From: Paraspadella gotoi
Lineage: Eukaryota; Animalia; Chaetognatha
Assembly: GCA_051294375.1 (NCBI GenBank)
Contig: CM119263.1
Coordinates: 5,268,740-5,332,739 of the forward strand
Reading direction: 5' to 3'
Length of the DNA: 64,000 bases
In this document: positions 1-11,412 of the stretch, one piece after another
How positions within the stretch are numbered: the stretch's first letter is position 1
Layout: the number at the start of each line of letters is the position of its first letter
Position numbers and translations under genes: made by a program
Notes under the pieces: model-generated
Database searches by the model: none
Told to the model about the DNA's origin: nothing
What the model saw: only the letters and a program-made list of their open reading frames with translations

Positions 1-191
1 CACTGCACCCAATATCACAGCCTGCATTATCCACTGAAATGGGACAGAAAATGTTCGTTGTTTATATTTAATGTCCAAATAGTTTCTCACTCCTAGCCCT
101 AAATGGTTCTAAAAATTCTAGATCTAAAAATTCGCAGTCAATGATACCCAACACTTAAAACATTCAACAGGAGAAATGAAAAGCGTGAGAA

Positions 192-2650
192 CTACAACTG
201 AACTGTGCCATAATAATCGTCCTCGTCCTTGGCCTCTTGCAAGTACCAACTCTGCATCTTTGACGGCATCTTGGTAAGGATGAGGCTGCCGTCTGGATTC
301 TTGAGTTCATCGTTGGCCGGCATGTGGCCCGTGTCCCCGAGTTCCCTGACGAAGACGAGGCCGTCGGGGCGGATGGAGAGCCACGTGATGCTTCCGTTGT
401 GGAGACTCATACGCAGCCAGGCCTCGGGTGGCAGTTGCAGGGCGCGGCAGACGAAGTAGCGGATCACGTTGGCGTGGGTCACAACAACTTCGTACGAGTC
501 GCTCTTCTGAATGGGGACGAAATGAAGGCGGTTAAAACGTCGGTTAAGAAAGAGAAACATTGAAACAAAATTTTCTCTTACCTGATTTAAATCGGCCCGA
601 TGAAGGTATTTCCTGTAGGCGGCTTCAATTCTAGCGCCGTCCTCGTAAAACGACGACGACGACGACGACGACGAGTTGGCGCCGATGCTGAACTTTTGAT
701 TAGAGACGAAGGACTCGGGAGCGCACTCGAGCAGCAGGTCGTCCTCGAGGGTCTCCATGTCGGGTAGATGTCCGCGGAGAATCGAGACGGACTGCTTGCA
801 CCGCAAGGCACTAGAGTGGATGATCCTAAGAAAAAGATTAATTTTGAAAGTCATCAAATTGGCTAGATAGGATAAATATTATATCATTTTTAGCAAAAAT
901 GAATTTGAGATTCAACAACGATTTATTTATGAACGGACATGTTTCTGTTGGACTCAAATTCTTGAAGAATCACTGAAACTGTCAACGTCTCTCCTATTTG
1001 TGGCTTGTTTAATAAAGAATTGGTTTATACTCTAATTAATTTTAATTGATGATCATTACGTATTAATTTTATACAGATCACGTGATATTATTATAAAAGC
1101 CAGAGTCGGGGTTTTTATAAGAGTCATTTTTTAATAATTTTATAATAAGCCCGCTCTTGATCGCTTGATTAGTGCTAAATATAAGGTGATGCTCATGGCT
1201 GCTCGAATATGTGTTGCAGGTTATGAATCATTATATCAGAACTGTCTATGAACAACTGACAAACTTCAAGCCGATCTATGCCGTATCAAGGTAAGCCATC
1301 CTACAAAAATTACCGCTCATCATTTCGACTTTGTTTTCAAGTTTTCATCAGCGTTTTGAGAATAATATGAAATTTTTGTGCAAAAGAAGAGTGTGAGAGT
1401 GAGAAAGAAAAGGTGAAAGTTTTCAAACATAGTGGTGAGATAGGATAGTGGTCAGAGGTGAGGGCAGGCGTAAGGTAAGGACAGATTGAGTTAGTTTTTG
1501 AAAGTAAGTGAAAATGGTCAGAGAGAGAGAGAGAGAGAACATAAATGATAAATTTGTTCAATGTATAAGTGCTGGAGGCCTTAACCCACCAAAGCCTGTC
1601 CAAAGTCAGGGGCTTATTTATTAAATGATTGGATAATTTTTATACGGGTTGTACCAATTTCATAAAATTCAGCTCCTTGTATTTTGATGCTGGTCGGAGT
1701 ACAATATAGTATTCCCCGATCTAATACTTAAGGGAGAAGTCTTTTCATACAATTGAAACATTCTTTGAAATATTATACCACTTCATTGATAGGGAATCCA
1801 GGAACTCTGGGAGTGAATAAACGAGACTGTGAAAGAGTCTTGATTGAAAGCTTGCAGGGACCTGCTATGTCATTATCTTGTAAGAGTGATGGAGGCCTGA
1901 AACCAAAGCTTGTCCAAAGTCAAAGATAGCTTATTTATTAAATTAATGGATAATTTTTATATTGGTTGTACCAATTTCATAAGTTAAATATTAAAGTTGA
2001 TTAAACAATCGGCATATAAAACTTTCCAAGTGCACCTTTCAAAAACCGACCCTCCCAATACTAGACTGTTCCCCATCACCACACCTTTTAAAGGGCAACC
2101 CCAGAGTGACCAGACGCTTCCCCGTCAACTCGAGCTGCGTTTTTCCCAACGAACTGAGAAAGTGAAGGTTGGTCTCCCCGTTGGTGATGTAATGCCCGTG
2201 AAGGATGAAAAAGAGGTGGCGGGTGTGCTTGGGCCGCGCCCGATTGGTGAAGCTGGGGTCCCTCAGATCCCAATTGTAGTTCCACTTGGTCGGTCTGTCC
2301 ACCACCTCGGCAAAGTCGGCCAAATCGCCACTGAACGAGCTACTCCCCCCTTGCTGCTGCTGCAGGTCCCAGCTGCCGGAGGCGCAGCCGCCGCCTAGAC
2401 TTAGATCGGAGTTGTTTTGTCGCTTGAGTCCGAGGGAAGACGCGGAACCGAAGCCCGAAAGGGCGTTGCCGGATGATGATGTTGTCGAGGCCGACAAACC
2501 GACAACGGGCGTCTCTTCACCGACGCTTCTAACTGGCGACGCCGCTCGCACACGACGCATGGAAAAAGTGAAGACGGCGGCGCCAATAGCGACTCCGGCG
2601 CCGGCCAACGCCACGCCCTTGAAAACTTTGCGACACAGCGCCTCGCCCAT
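192..2650 (-). CDS. PGAM5: PGAM5-like mitochondrial histidine-phosphatase-family protein, about 3 exons (2650-~2089, ~827-583, ~509-192)
   Basis: N-terminal TM segment; WNYNWD (WDxNWD motif); RHLFFILHGHY; FYEDGARIEAAYRKYLHRA; THANVIRYFVCRALQLPPEAWLRMSLHNGSIT; LGDTGHMP. GT-AG introns join the ORF fragments. Confidence 0.93.
905..946 (-). repeat. Fragment of the hammerhead/Penelope-like family seen at 41252-41452 (3' part only)
   Basis: Minus strand reads GAAACATGTCCGTTCATAAATAAATCGTTGTTGAA, similar to 41387-41427. No CTGANGA core upstream. Confidence 0.5.
960..1322. repeat. Dispersed intronic repeat; second copy at ~3410-3985 is interrupted by an insertion
   Basis: Colinear similarity, e.g. 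agcccgctcttgatcg, gctcatggctgc, gcaggttatgaatcatt, agccatcct...ttaccgctcat in both copies. Confidence 0.8.
1573..1985. repeat. Short repeat unit (~90 nt) at ~1573-1665 and ~1891-1982, with a third partial copy at ~8865-8910
   Basis: Shared ggaggcct..aacc..caaagtca...ttatttattaaa...ggataatttttata...gttgtaccaatttcataa. Confidence 0.7.
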
Positions 2651-2905
2651 GGTGCCGTACAGTGACTTATCAAAAATTATTTTCTTTTTTTTTATTTGGT
2701 GAAATTTTTATCCACCGTTCGCTTCGCCAGTCCACACGACCTTACCCAAGGAAATCATAAACATTGTAACTCGCAATAGCTAAAAGCTTTGCGAGCTTTC
2801 GTGGCTCATAACCTTGAAAACGAAAGAAAGGGGCGAGGATATATAGGAGCAAGCAAATATGGCTCATCGCACAACAGAACAAGAAAGTAACAAAGAACAA
2901 AACTT

Positions 2906-4714
2906 TTATTTCGCTACGTCTTCTTCGAGGATTCGTCCTAACTTGTCCAATGCAAAGTTATATTCAATGAGTTGAGCCTCCAACGCCTCCTCCACTTTCG
3001 CCTCCAAATTGTCAAGTGTCACAAACTCTGGCGCCTCCATTTCCAGGCGTCGGGCGTGGGCGAAGGCTCGATCTCGCTCCCCCTTTCGGGCGGCGAGGGC
3101 GAGACCAGCCTCCACTGAGATACGCCTCTCGTTCTCTTTCCGTTTCTCTTTCATCTCGAGCTCCCGGATTTCGCCCACCTGGATAATTAAAAGCGGATCG
3201 AGGGTGTGGGGATCATAAGGGAAAAAATATGTTGATACAACAACAACGATATCCTCTGTCGTCACTGAATGAATTCCATGACTTCAGTCAAATAATTAGT
3301 GGCGCTTAATTACTATTATTTTTAAATAAATACATGTATTATATATATTTTTTTGACCCATGTCTTCCCCTTCTCCATTGAACAAAATATTTTCTCATCA
3401 ACGAATTTTTGAAGAATCAGCATCTCCTATTTGTAACTTTAATAAAACATTGGTTTATATTCTAATTGATTTTATTTAATTATCCTTTTACGCAGATCAA
3501 GTGATAATATTGTGATAGCCAGTGTCGGGATTTCAAGAGGTTTTAAGGCGTTTTATATTCAGCCCGCTCTTGATCGTTTGATTGGAGTTAAATATATGGT
3601 GATACGGTGGCGAACCCTAAATTCGCCTCTCGAATAGCTTGGTGAAATTTAGCTCATCCTATTGGCTTGAACAGCTAAGTACTCGTTCACCAACCCCGAG
3701 TTCCGGGTTCAATCCCCTCCCGGTCACGCTAGTTTAGTGTGATGGTGAGGGGATAAAAACGCCAGGGACACGGGGTGGTCACTACAGGTCCAAAGCCCTA
3801 AGCGCCTGCTGTCGGGAGATGTCTCACACCCCGGGCATAACACGTCTCCACGTTGCCATAATGCTCATGGCTGCGCGTATATTTGCTGCAGGTTATGAAT
3901 CATTGAATCTTTGATCCACTGACAAACTTTAAGCCTATCCATGTCGTATCAAGGTGAGCCATCCTGCGAATATTACCGCTCATTACCTCTTTGTTCCACA
4001 TGTCATTGATCTGCATCATCCTCTCGTGATGCTTGTGCTCTTCATAAATCCATCGTTTCTCCACTCCCGTGTCTAAGCTATCCAGTCGCGTCTTCTCTCT
4101 CATCAGGCCCACCGCTTGCTCCATGTCCACCTGAATTAGATATTTTAAAATTACATGTATAAATTTATATTTATTTTGAATTAAAATCCAGCAACCGTTC
4201 ACGACAATCATTGGAATCGGAGGCAAGTCATTCGCCTCTCAAACAAAAGGTTCAAACCGAGTTACCGCCTACTCCGAGGGGTTAAGTGGAACAGGGCTGG
4301 AAGCAATCGGCGACAGCCTAATCCGAAGATCAGGAACAGCTAATTTATGAATTTATTTAACCAAATCATAACCATAAATTATGGCATAATTCTGTCTTTT
4401 CACAATCAAATTTAAAATAACATCGCTTTTCTCACCAGATACTGTTTTTCCCAATCAGCCTTGAGCTTTTCCTCTTCGGGATCCAGAGTGGGATCGGGGT
4501 CGACTACCTCCAACTTGGTCGGGGCGCGGCCGAGCGATCGAGGCTTTCGCCCTTTCAGTTTCCTTTTGTCGAAACTCTTCAAACTCTCTGTCGGCGAGGA
4601 GAGAGAAAAGGCGCGATGGAATGAGGAGGGAAGGAGAGTCTGGGCTTCGCTCGACTCGCGGAGAGAGAGGGAGGAGCCGCGGCGGGCGATCGTAAATAAT
4701 ATTAATTTATTCAT
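2906..4714 (-). CDS. MRPS26: Mitochondrial ribosomal protein mS26, 3 exons
   Basis: Arg/Ser-rich presequence, RKPR...DPEEE, MQINDMWNKE and C-terminal FVTLDNLEAKVEEALE...YNFALDKLG, all typical of MRP-S26. Confidence 0.85.
3604..3860 (+). mobile_element. Short SINE-like element (family A), full-length copy nested in an older repeat
   Basis: B-box-like GGTTCAATCCC at 3706-3716; ends GTTGCCATA; absent from the paralogous site at ~1185-1195; further copies at 57728-57912 and 58834-59035. Confidence 0.8.
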
Positions 4715-5111
4715 TCTAAAAAGTTTAAATCAATGATCTAATCTTTAACGAGAAAGAATAAAACAGCAACAAACAGAATGACAAGGAAGTTCGGGACTAT
4801 TCGCAACATGCCTGAATGTGGACGGAGAGAAGGCTTTATATATGCGATTTTATTCGAATTACCTTCGTCTACATTCAGAAATTCTCAGTGGCTCAAAGAG
4901 GAAACGCACCATCCAAATGTATAATTCCACAGTATAATCATCGTCACTAATTGGACGAAATGGTTGAGCCTTGAACCAGACCAAGTCCGCATTTGAATTA
5001 AAAACTTCATTTCTTTGCATGGATTGCTTGGGACCCGCGATTTTTAATAATTTACTCTTTACTAAAGGGTCTTTAGTCTATAGCCTATAGTATAGGCTTG
5101 AAAAACAAGCT

Positions 5112-8100
5112 CTACCCAGATACATTATGAATAAGATTTTCAACATCCGAATGATCTTCCACTCTCACAACCTTCTCCCTATTTTTTAAGTTTTCTATCA
5201 GGGCTCCCCAATGGTCGTTGCTGCAGAGTTTTCGGGAGTTCCCCACAATATAAAGTCCGCGTCTCGCTCTCGTGAGGGCCACGTTTAATCTATGGAGGTC
5301 GCTCAAAAATCCAATTCCATCGTCGTCGCAGTTCGATCTCACGCAGCTAATTATCACGTAATCTCGTTCGCCTCCTTGATAAGAATCGATGGTCTGAATC
5401 TCAGCGTCTACTTCTCTATCCCCATGAGAAATGGTCAGCGCGTCTGAAATGGCATCGACTTGCGCTCGGTAAGGAGTTATGATGCCGACGCTGGACAAAG
5501 GCTCTGTCTTTCTGATTTTGAAATAGAGGGTAGCGACAAGGCGGGATTCGTCCTCGTTAAAGCGGGAGCCTGGGTATACCGTGGAAAAACTCTCTTCGCT
5601 CGACGTTAAATCGAATAATAAAAGAGGGCGAAGATTTCCCTCCTCATTTGTCGACTCGTCCGATAATAGGCGATCCTTATAAACGTAGGAGGAAGGAAAA
5701 CACGCAATTTCCGGATTCATTCGGTATTGCGTGGTCAGCATAAGACTTTTGTCATCAGGCAAAACATTAATCAATCTTTCGAACAGGGATCGCCTCAGCT
5801 GAGTGGAGGACGCAAAGGAAGAACATACGAAGGGAGGAAGTTGAAGATGATCGCCGACGAGAAGGATTTTCGAGGTCTTCGCCACAACGATGGGGATCAA
5901 CATGTCTAGGTCTGTGCCCTGCGAGGCTTCGTCAACGATCAAACAATCGAATTTTTTAGAAACGCAAGCGGTTTTTATAACATCAGTTCCGACGCAATTT
6001 AAAGTGCAGGCAATAATGTCGGCATGCTTCAGGGCATGTTCTACTTTTTTCTGCGGTCTCAAATACGTGATATCAGCGGAAATTTTATCCGATTTTCCCC
6101 ATCGAACGATTTTAAGCTGTTTCGCCCAATCGCAGCTCAAGAGTCGACGAAGAAGATGATCGATGGCGACGTTGGAAGGCGCACATAGAAGGATTGCGTC
6201 TTGTTTTCCATCGGGTTCGTCTCTCGTAAATATCGACTCCAAGATTCCAAGAATGACGTGAGATTTTCCGGTGCCTGGTGGACCATGAACAAGCACCATT
6301 TCGGGATATTCCGCGGCTGAATTTTTGTCCTTTAAAATCATTTCGACGGAGGAAAATATGGCTTTTAGTTGATTTGTGTTGAATCGATGATCATCAAAGT
6401 CCATTTTATTTATGGCGAAGATATTGGCTTTCACTGGGTCTAAAACAGCATCTTTAAAAGAAGATGTGTTCATATTGTATAAGGCATGGAAGTTACGCGA
6501 ATAAGACTTTACGGAGGATATTTCCTTATATATCACGTGTTCAGCTTTTCTTAAAAAAGTTCGAGATGAATTATCGAGGGATGTTTTGGCTATTTTTAGA
6601 ATTACCTTGAGGACATGGCCTTTTCTCTTGGAACAACTGACGTACGAGAGAAAAGGGTGCATTTTATCGATACAAACAACTGCGATGCTCTGCTCGCGCA
6701 GACTGCACTCATCCACCATTTGCTCCAACGAGATTTCACAAATTAGACTCAACAGCTGGAAATCATCTTTTAAATGCAGCAATGTCAGTTGCAATTCAAG
6801 TTTTATCTCATGGTCTGACAAATATTTCGCAATGCAATTAGCAGATTCGTGCAAAAGGCAAAAGGTCATCAATCGTTGGTATTCGGACAAATCGTTAAAT
6901 TTACCACCGCTTAAGTCTGGACTGGTAATTTGAGGGAGGGAGAGTTCTGTGTTGTTCATATTCAACTCGTCGAAACTCAATCTTAAAAGAGGCGACACAA
7001 TTTGGCTCTCGAATGCATTTTCACAATTTTCAACTGTCATGGATTTCTGGCTCGAAAAGCAGAAATCGTGGGAAGAGAAATGTCTAATAAAAAATTCTCT
7101 CCAAGCTGGTAAAGCGCTTGAAGGTATTTCTGCAGAAAGCAGACAATGAGGTATGATCGGGTCGTTGCAAAACTCGGTTACTTCACCATGATTTTTTATC
7201 AATTCCTGCACCTGATAAACAATATAAAAAGAGTTACATAAATAGTTATTAATTATAAAAAGGTCTTGAAAAAATTAAGCCTCGACACGACTTTACCTTT
7301 TTAGCATCCGCATTACGAACGGAAATCTTAAACTGGAGTTTTGGCTCTACAAGCTGAAGCGCCATTTTTCTCAAAGCACCTTTAACTGTATTGGAGACGA
7401 CGTCTGCAATGCCTCCGTTTAAATCCTTAATTGCTTTAACGTTTCTGACTCGGATATTTAATCCCTTCACAGGATTACCAATCAATGGGCCACTATTTAA
7501 AGCTTCGAAAATGCCTTCCAATATTAGTTCGATTACCATTTCGTTAGCCAAGCAGTCGTCAAAAATTACATCATTACAAATGCTTTTAGTTTGAGGTTCT
7601 AACTTTAACTTAAAATACGTATTTTCAAAGACAACTGTCTCGGACAACACAACAGAGTCATCAGCAGGTACCTCAGGAAATATAAACTTTGTGGTGCCAA
7701 AAGTTACTTTGTTAAACAATACCCTTATTTTATCTTTAACCTTGGATAGATGATTCTCAGATAAACACCACAGCTCATAATCAGAATCCCAATTCAACTT
7801 TATCTGTAGGAAGGGATCCTCAAACGAAATAACGCGCAATATCGAATCTAAATGAATTGCAAAATTATTGGCTTGAACGGTGCATTTCACAAGCGTGTAT
7901 ACCGATTCATTTTTCAGGGCGCAAATTCTTTTGATCGAAGAATCTCTCGGAAAATAAGCAATTCCGTCCCCAACAGCCACATTCAACCATTCGACGACGA
8001 CAAAATCGTTAGCTTTTAAATCTGAGTTCACTTTCACAGAGTTCGGATTTATCTTGAGGCCCCGTTTCGCCTCGAGATTGAACTTCCGGGCGTGGCGAAT

Positions 8101-9438
8101 GAAATCCTGACCGTTCATTCCACCCGACAAGACTCTCAAATATGACGAAGGAACTTGGTCTTTGCCGCGAAAAACGTTTTTTAAAACAAGAGCTTCGAAG
8201 GGAAACTGACTCGAACGCGGCGGCGAATTTAATAAGATTGGAATGAGGGATGCGAGCCCTTTCAAACTTTGTCTCCGACTCGAGTTGAAGAATACGAGAG
8301 GGATGCCGAGACCTGAGATCGAGACACGGCGTAACGCGTTTATCAATTCACTTTCGTTGGAAAAACAATCGAGGGAAAGAAAGACGTCATCCAACTCCGC
8401 CAGAGCCATCACTAAATCCGTGCGGCGAAAATCCAACTCTTGCTTCAACTTTCCAGGAAAGTATTTGGAAGAGATCAAATCGTAGATATGGTAATCATTT
8501 TCAAAATATTTAAGGTATTGTAATGAGAGCAATTTAACTCTTGACATTTGAGAAAAGGCCGTCACGAATTCCTCAATCGACTTTTCCTAAGTACGAAGGA
8601 TTTAAAAGATAATATTTTTTTTTCAAAGCAGAACGTCATGAGCTTGCGACAAAAAAAGTATTACCGCCCCTCTCACGTCCAGCGCCATCAAAGAGGGTTT
8701 CCCAGATTTGACTGCGAGGCCGACGTTTCTGAGTAGAACGGGATCGATTCCATTGGCAAGATTTCCGACTAATAACGTTGCATCCATCGCCGTGATCGCC
8801 ATTGACACATCCGCGCCGTAAAACCCGCGTTCTATTTAAAAGATAACAAGACTAAGAGTAAGAGGGAGGCCTTAACCCACAATAGCCTTTGCAAAGTCAA
8901 GGGGCTAAATAGCTATTATTGGTTGGCCCACAGAGCTAATTAATGTTTTTTGTCCCGGTTTTATAGGGAATTTTTACGAATTCCATAATCGAGAAACTGC
9001 TAAATTACTCCTAAACCCGTATGTATCCTTACCGCAAAGTTCCATTACATTCAAAATTAATTACTAGTGCTTCTAGCCATTGGTCCATCGAAAGTTTTCT
9101 CAGAAATGTATGAAGTTTCACCACAAAGTTTGGCTCTACCTAAACCCGTACGTATCCTTACCGCAAAGTTCCATTACATTCACAGTCGTCCTACCGCGAA
9201 CAAAAGAATCAAGAAAAGGCATTTGATCGCAATCAACGCGAGAGAAAACCGACTTAAACACATCTTTACGACCGACCAGACAAGGAAGAAGGGACTTGTC
9301 GGTAAAATGATCGGCTCTGACGATGGCGACGGCGCTTGAACGTTTTTCACGTTCTTTCGTGAGGCCGGAAGCGAAACGGAAAAGTCGGAATCGATTGTTT
9401 TTATTAGAAACCACAATTATTCTCAATAACGAATTCAT
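5112..9438 (-). CDS. Chimeric protein of about 1277 aa: degenerate EF-G/GFM2-like domains I-V fused to a Upf1/Sen1-like SF1 helicase. Exons 9438-9162, 8831-8665, 8586-7297, 7211-5112
   Basis: Three GT-AG introns join in frame (277+167+1290+2100 nt). EF-G-like segments: ADVSMAITAMDATLLV, LINALRRVSI..IPLVF, YLRVLSG, ISFEDPFL..SENHL, EGIFEALNSGPLIGNPV, LVEP..AEIP. Helicase motifs: GPPGTGKS, CAPSNVAID, DEASQ, GDHLQLPP, QYRM, TIDSYQGGE, RLNVALTRAR. Confidence 0.85.
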
Positions 9439-9531
9439 ATTTCTAAATTAAAAACAATGAGCCAATTATCATCGGTAAATAAAAAATTGACTAGACGGCG
9501 CACTAACGTGGTCGTTTCCAAATACATAGAT

Positions 9532-11360
9532 TCAAGAGAAATTAAGGATGAGATCAAAGGCGGTAAGTTCTTCGTCTTCCATGTGCGTACGGAATAGTTG
9601 ACCGTGCTGCCAAGCGTTGGATCCAACACCTCCGGAAATAGAAGCTTTGATTTCGAAAGAGATGCAGTCTTTTAGGTCCACCTCCGTCCATGGCTTAATT
9701 AAAACGAAATGTTTATTTCTAAAAAACGAATTAAAACGTTGACTGATATTTCACTTTTTTTAAGGTAACTACTAACTATCATGACGGTGGTTTCGCCGTC
9801 CTGGGGTGAAAGTGTGGTGGAAAAGGATTCGGTGCTCAGAGTCCACGAAATCGAGGCGTTTTCGAAGATTTTCTCGGATCGACGGATTTGCAACAGTTTT
9901 ATTTTAAACCCGCTGCCTGTCAAAACGATTTATACGTAGAAGGAAATGGTTGGGATATTTCTTCTTCATCCCCTTCTCGCTCCCTATGATGATGATGATA
10001 ATTAATGATTGATAATGATAATCATCTGAATTCAGATGATCCTCTCTTTCGTCATACATGTATCATTTTGTCTTATAATCTTTTTCCTCTTTCCCATGAC
10101 CCAAATCCTCTCCGTCCCACTTCTCCCTTCTCTTCTCTATAACTAATCTCCCCCCCCTTCCATCAATCCATCCAATTCCTACCCAGACGCGACAAACCTT
10201 CGAGATTGAATTTCCAAGAAATTGTTCCCTCCTCGGTCCCTTTCGCCCTCGCCAAGTACACCATTCGCCAATCATTCTCCACTTTCCTCACGACGTTTTT
10301 GCTCTCGAAACAAAGGGAATACCATCCGGTGATTAAGTCTCGCTTTTCGTCGTCGCCGCCGCGGATGTAGAGGTCGCCGACGACGAAGTATCGGATTCGC
10401 ATTCGACGGCGGCGGAATTCGCGCTTCGTCGGTCGAATCTCTTTCCCCGCAACCGAGTCGAGACTCGCTTCCCCGCGGGAGATTCGCCAAGAGAGGGAGC
10501 CAGACTCGCGACCGCTAAGTTCTCCCTTTGGGATAGGATTAGAGGATGGATTAGATGAAGGATTAGGGAAAGAAAGAAATGGATTACGGACGAGGGACTG
10601 AATATCCAAATTGAATGGAATATGGATCAGAATATCTCGACGAATTCAAATCAATTAAGGGATACATTTAAAATAAAGAGATCACGGCGGCCGTTTTTAG
10701 GTCACACTAAAAAATAGCGTGAGGTCATCCCGGCCGACTGTCGGTCTTTAAAGTTGACGGCATGGACGACGAGAAGACCCTAACGCCTTTTCTTGTTTAT
10801 CATTATTTGGCATCACAAAGATTTCTTCACCTTTTTGACTTGGCGAGAATCGCAGGCAGAAAACTCGGCCAACTCTTTAATGCAACGACGAGTCAGTTCC
10901 TCTTTTCGAGAAGGAGAGACCGATGATTGCAGCTTAGCGCGCATGCGCAAGATGACAGAGACGAGATTCTGAGAGAAGTTAAGAGAGCAATGATGGAATT
11001 GTAGAAATTTGAAAAGGAGAAAAACTCATTGAAAACACTTATAATTATTCTTCACATAACGTGTTGAGTGAAAAGAAAAGTCGTAAAGTTATCAAGAAAA
11101 CAAGAAAAAAGTTTGGAAGGAAAAAAAAAGAAGGTCAATGAGCTCTCACCGCTTCGTCAATCTCCGTTCTACGCCAAAGGACTTCCCGCTGTTTGGTCGT
11201 GTAGCGCCAAGTCACGTCCTGAATGTCGTCGACGCTGAAAGCGAAGACGTAGGTGAGTTTCTTTCCCCACCCGTGCTCGTAGAGGAGGGGCTTGTCGTGT
11301 CCCTCTTCGCAAGTGTCACCGTGGACCCAACGATCCTGATCGAGAGGGATGGAGGAGATT

Positions 11361-11412
<52 letters not shown>

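Noticed and set aside
3604-3730. tRNA gene suggested by GGTTCAATCCC
   Set aside because: No convincing cloverleaf; it is part of a dispersed, diverged repeat with an empty paralogous site.
5112-9438. Bacterial horizontal transfer as the origin of the chimera (few introns, looks more AT-rich than neighbours)
   Set aside because: It has spliceosomal introns, a presequence-like N-terminus and eukaryote-style Sen1/Upf1 motifs. There is no positive evidence without a phylogeny.
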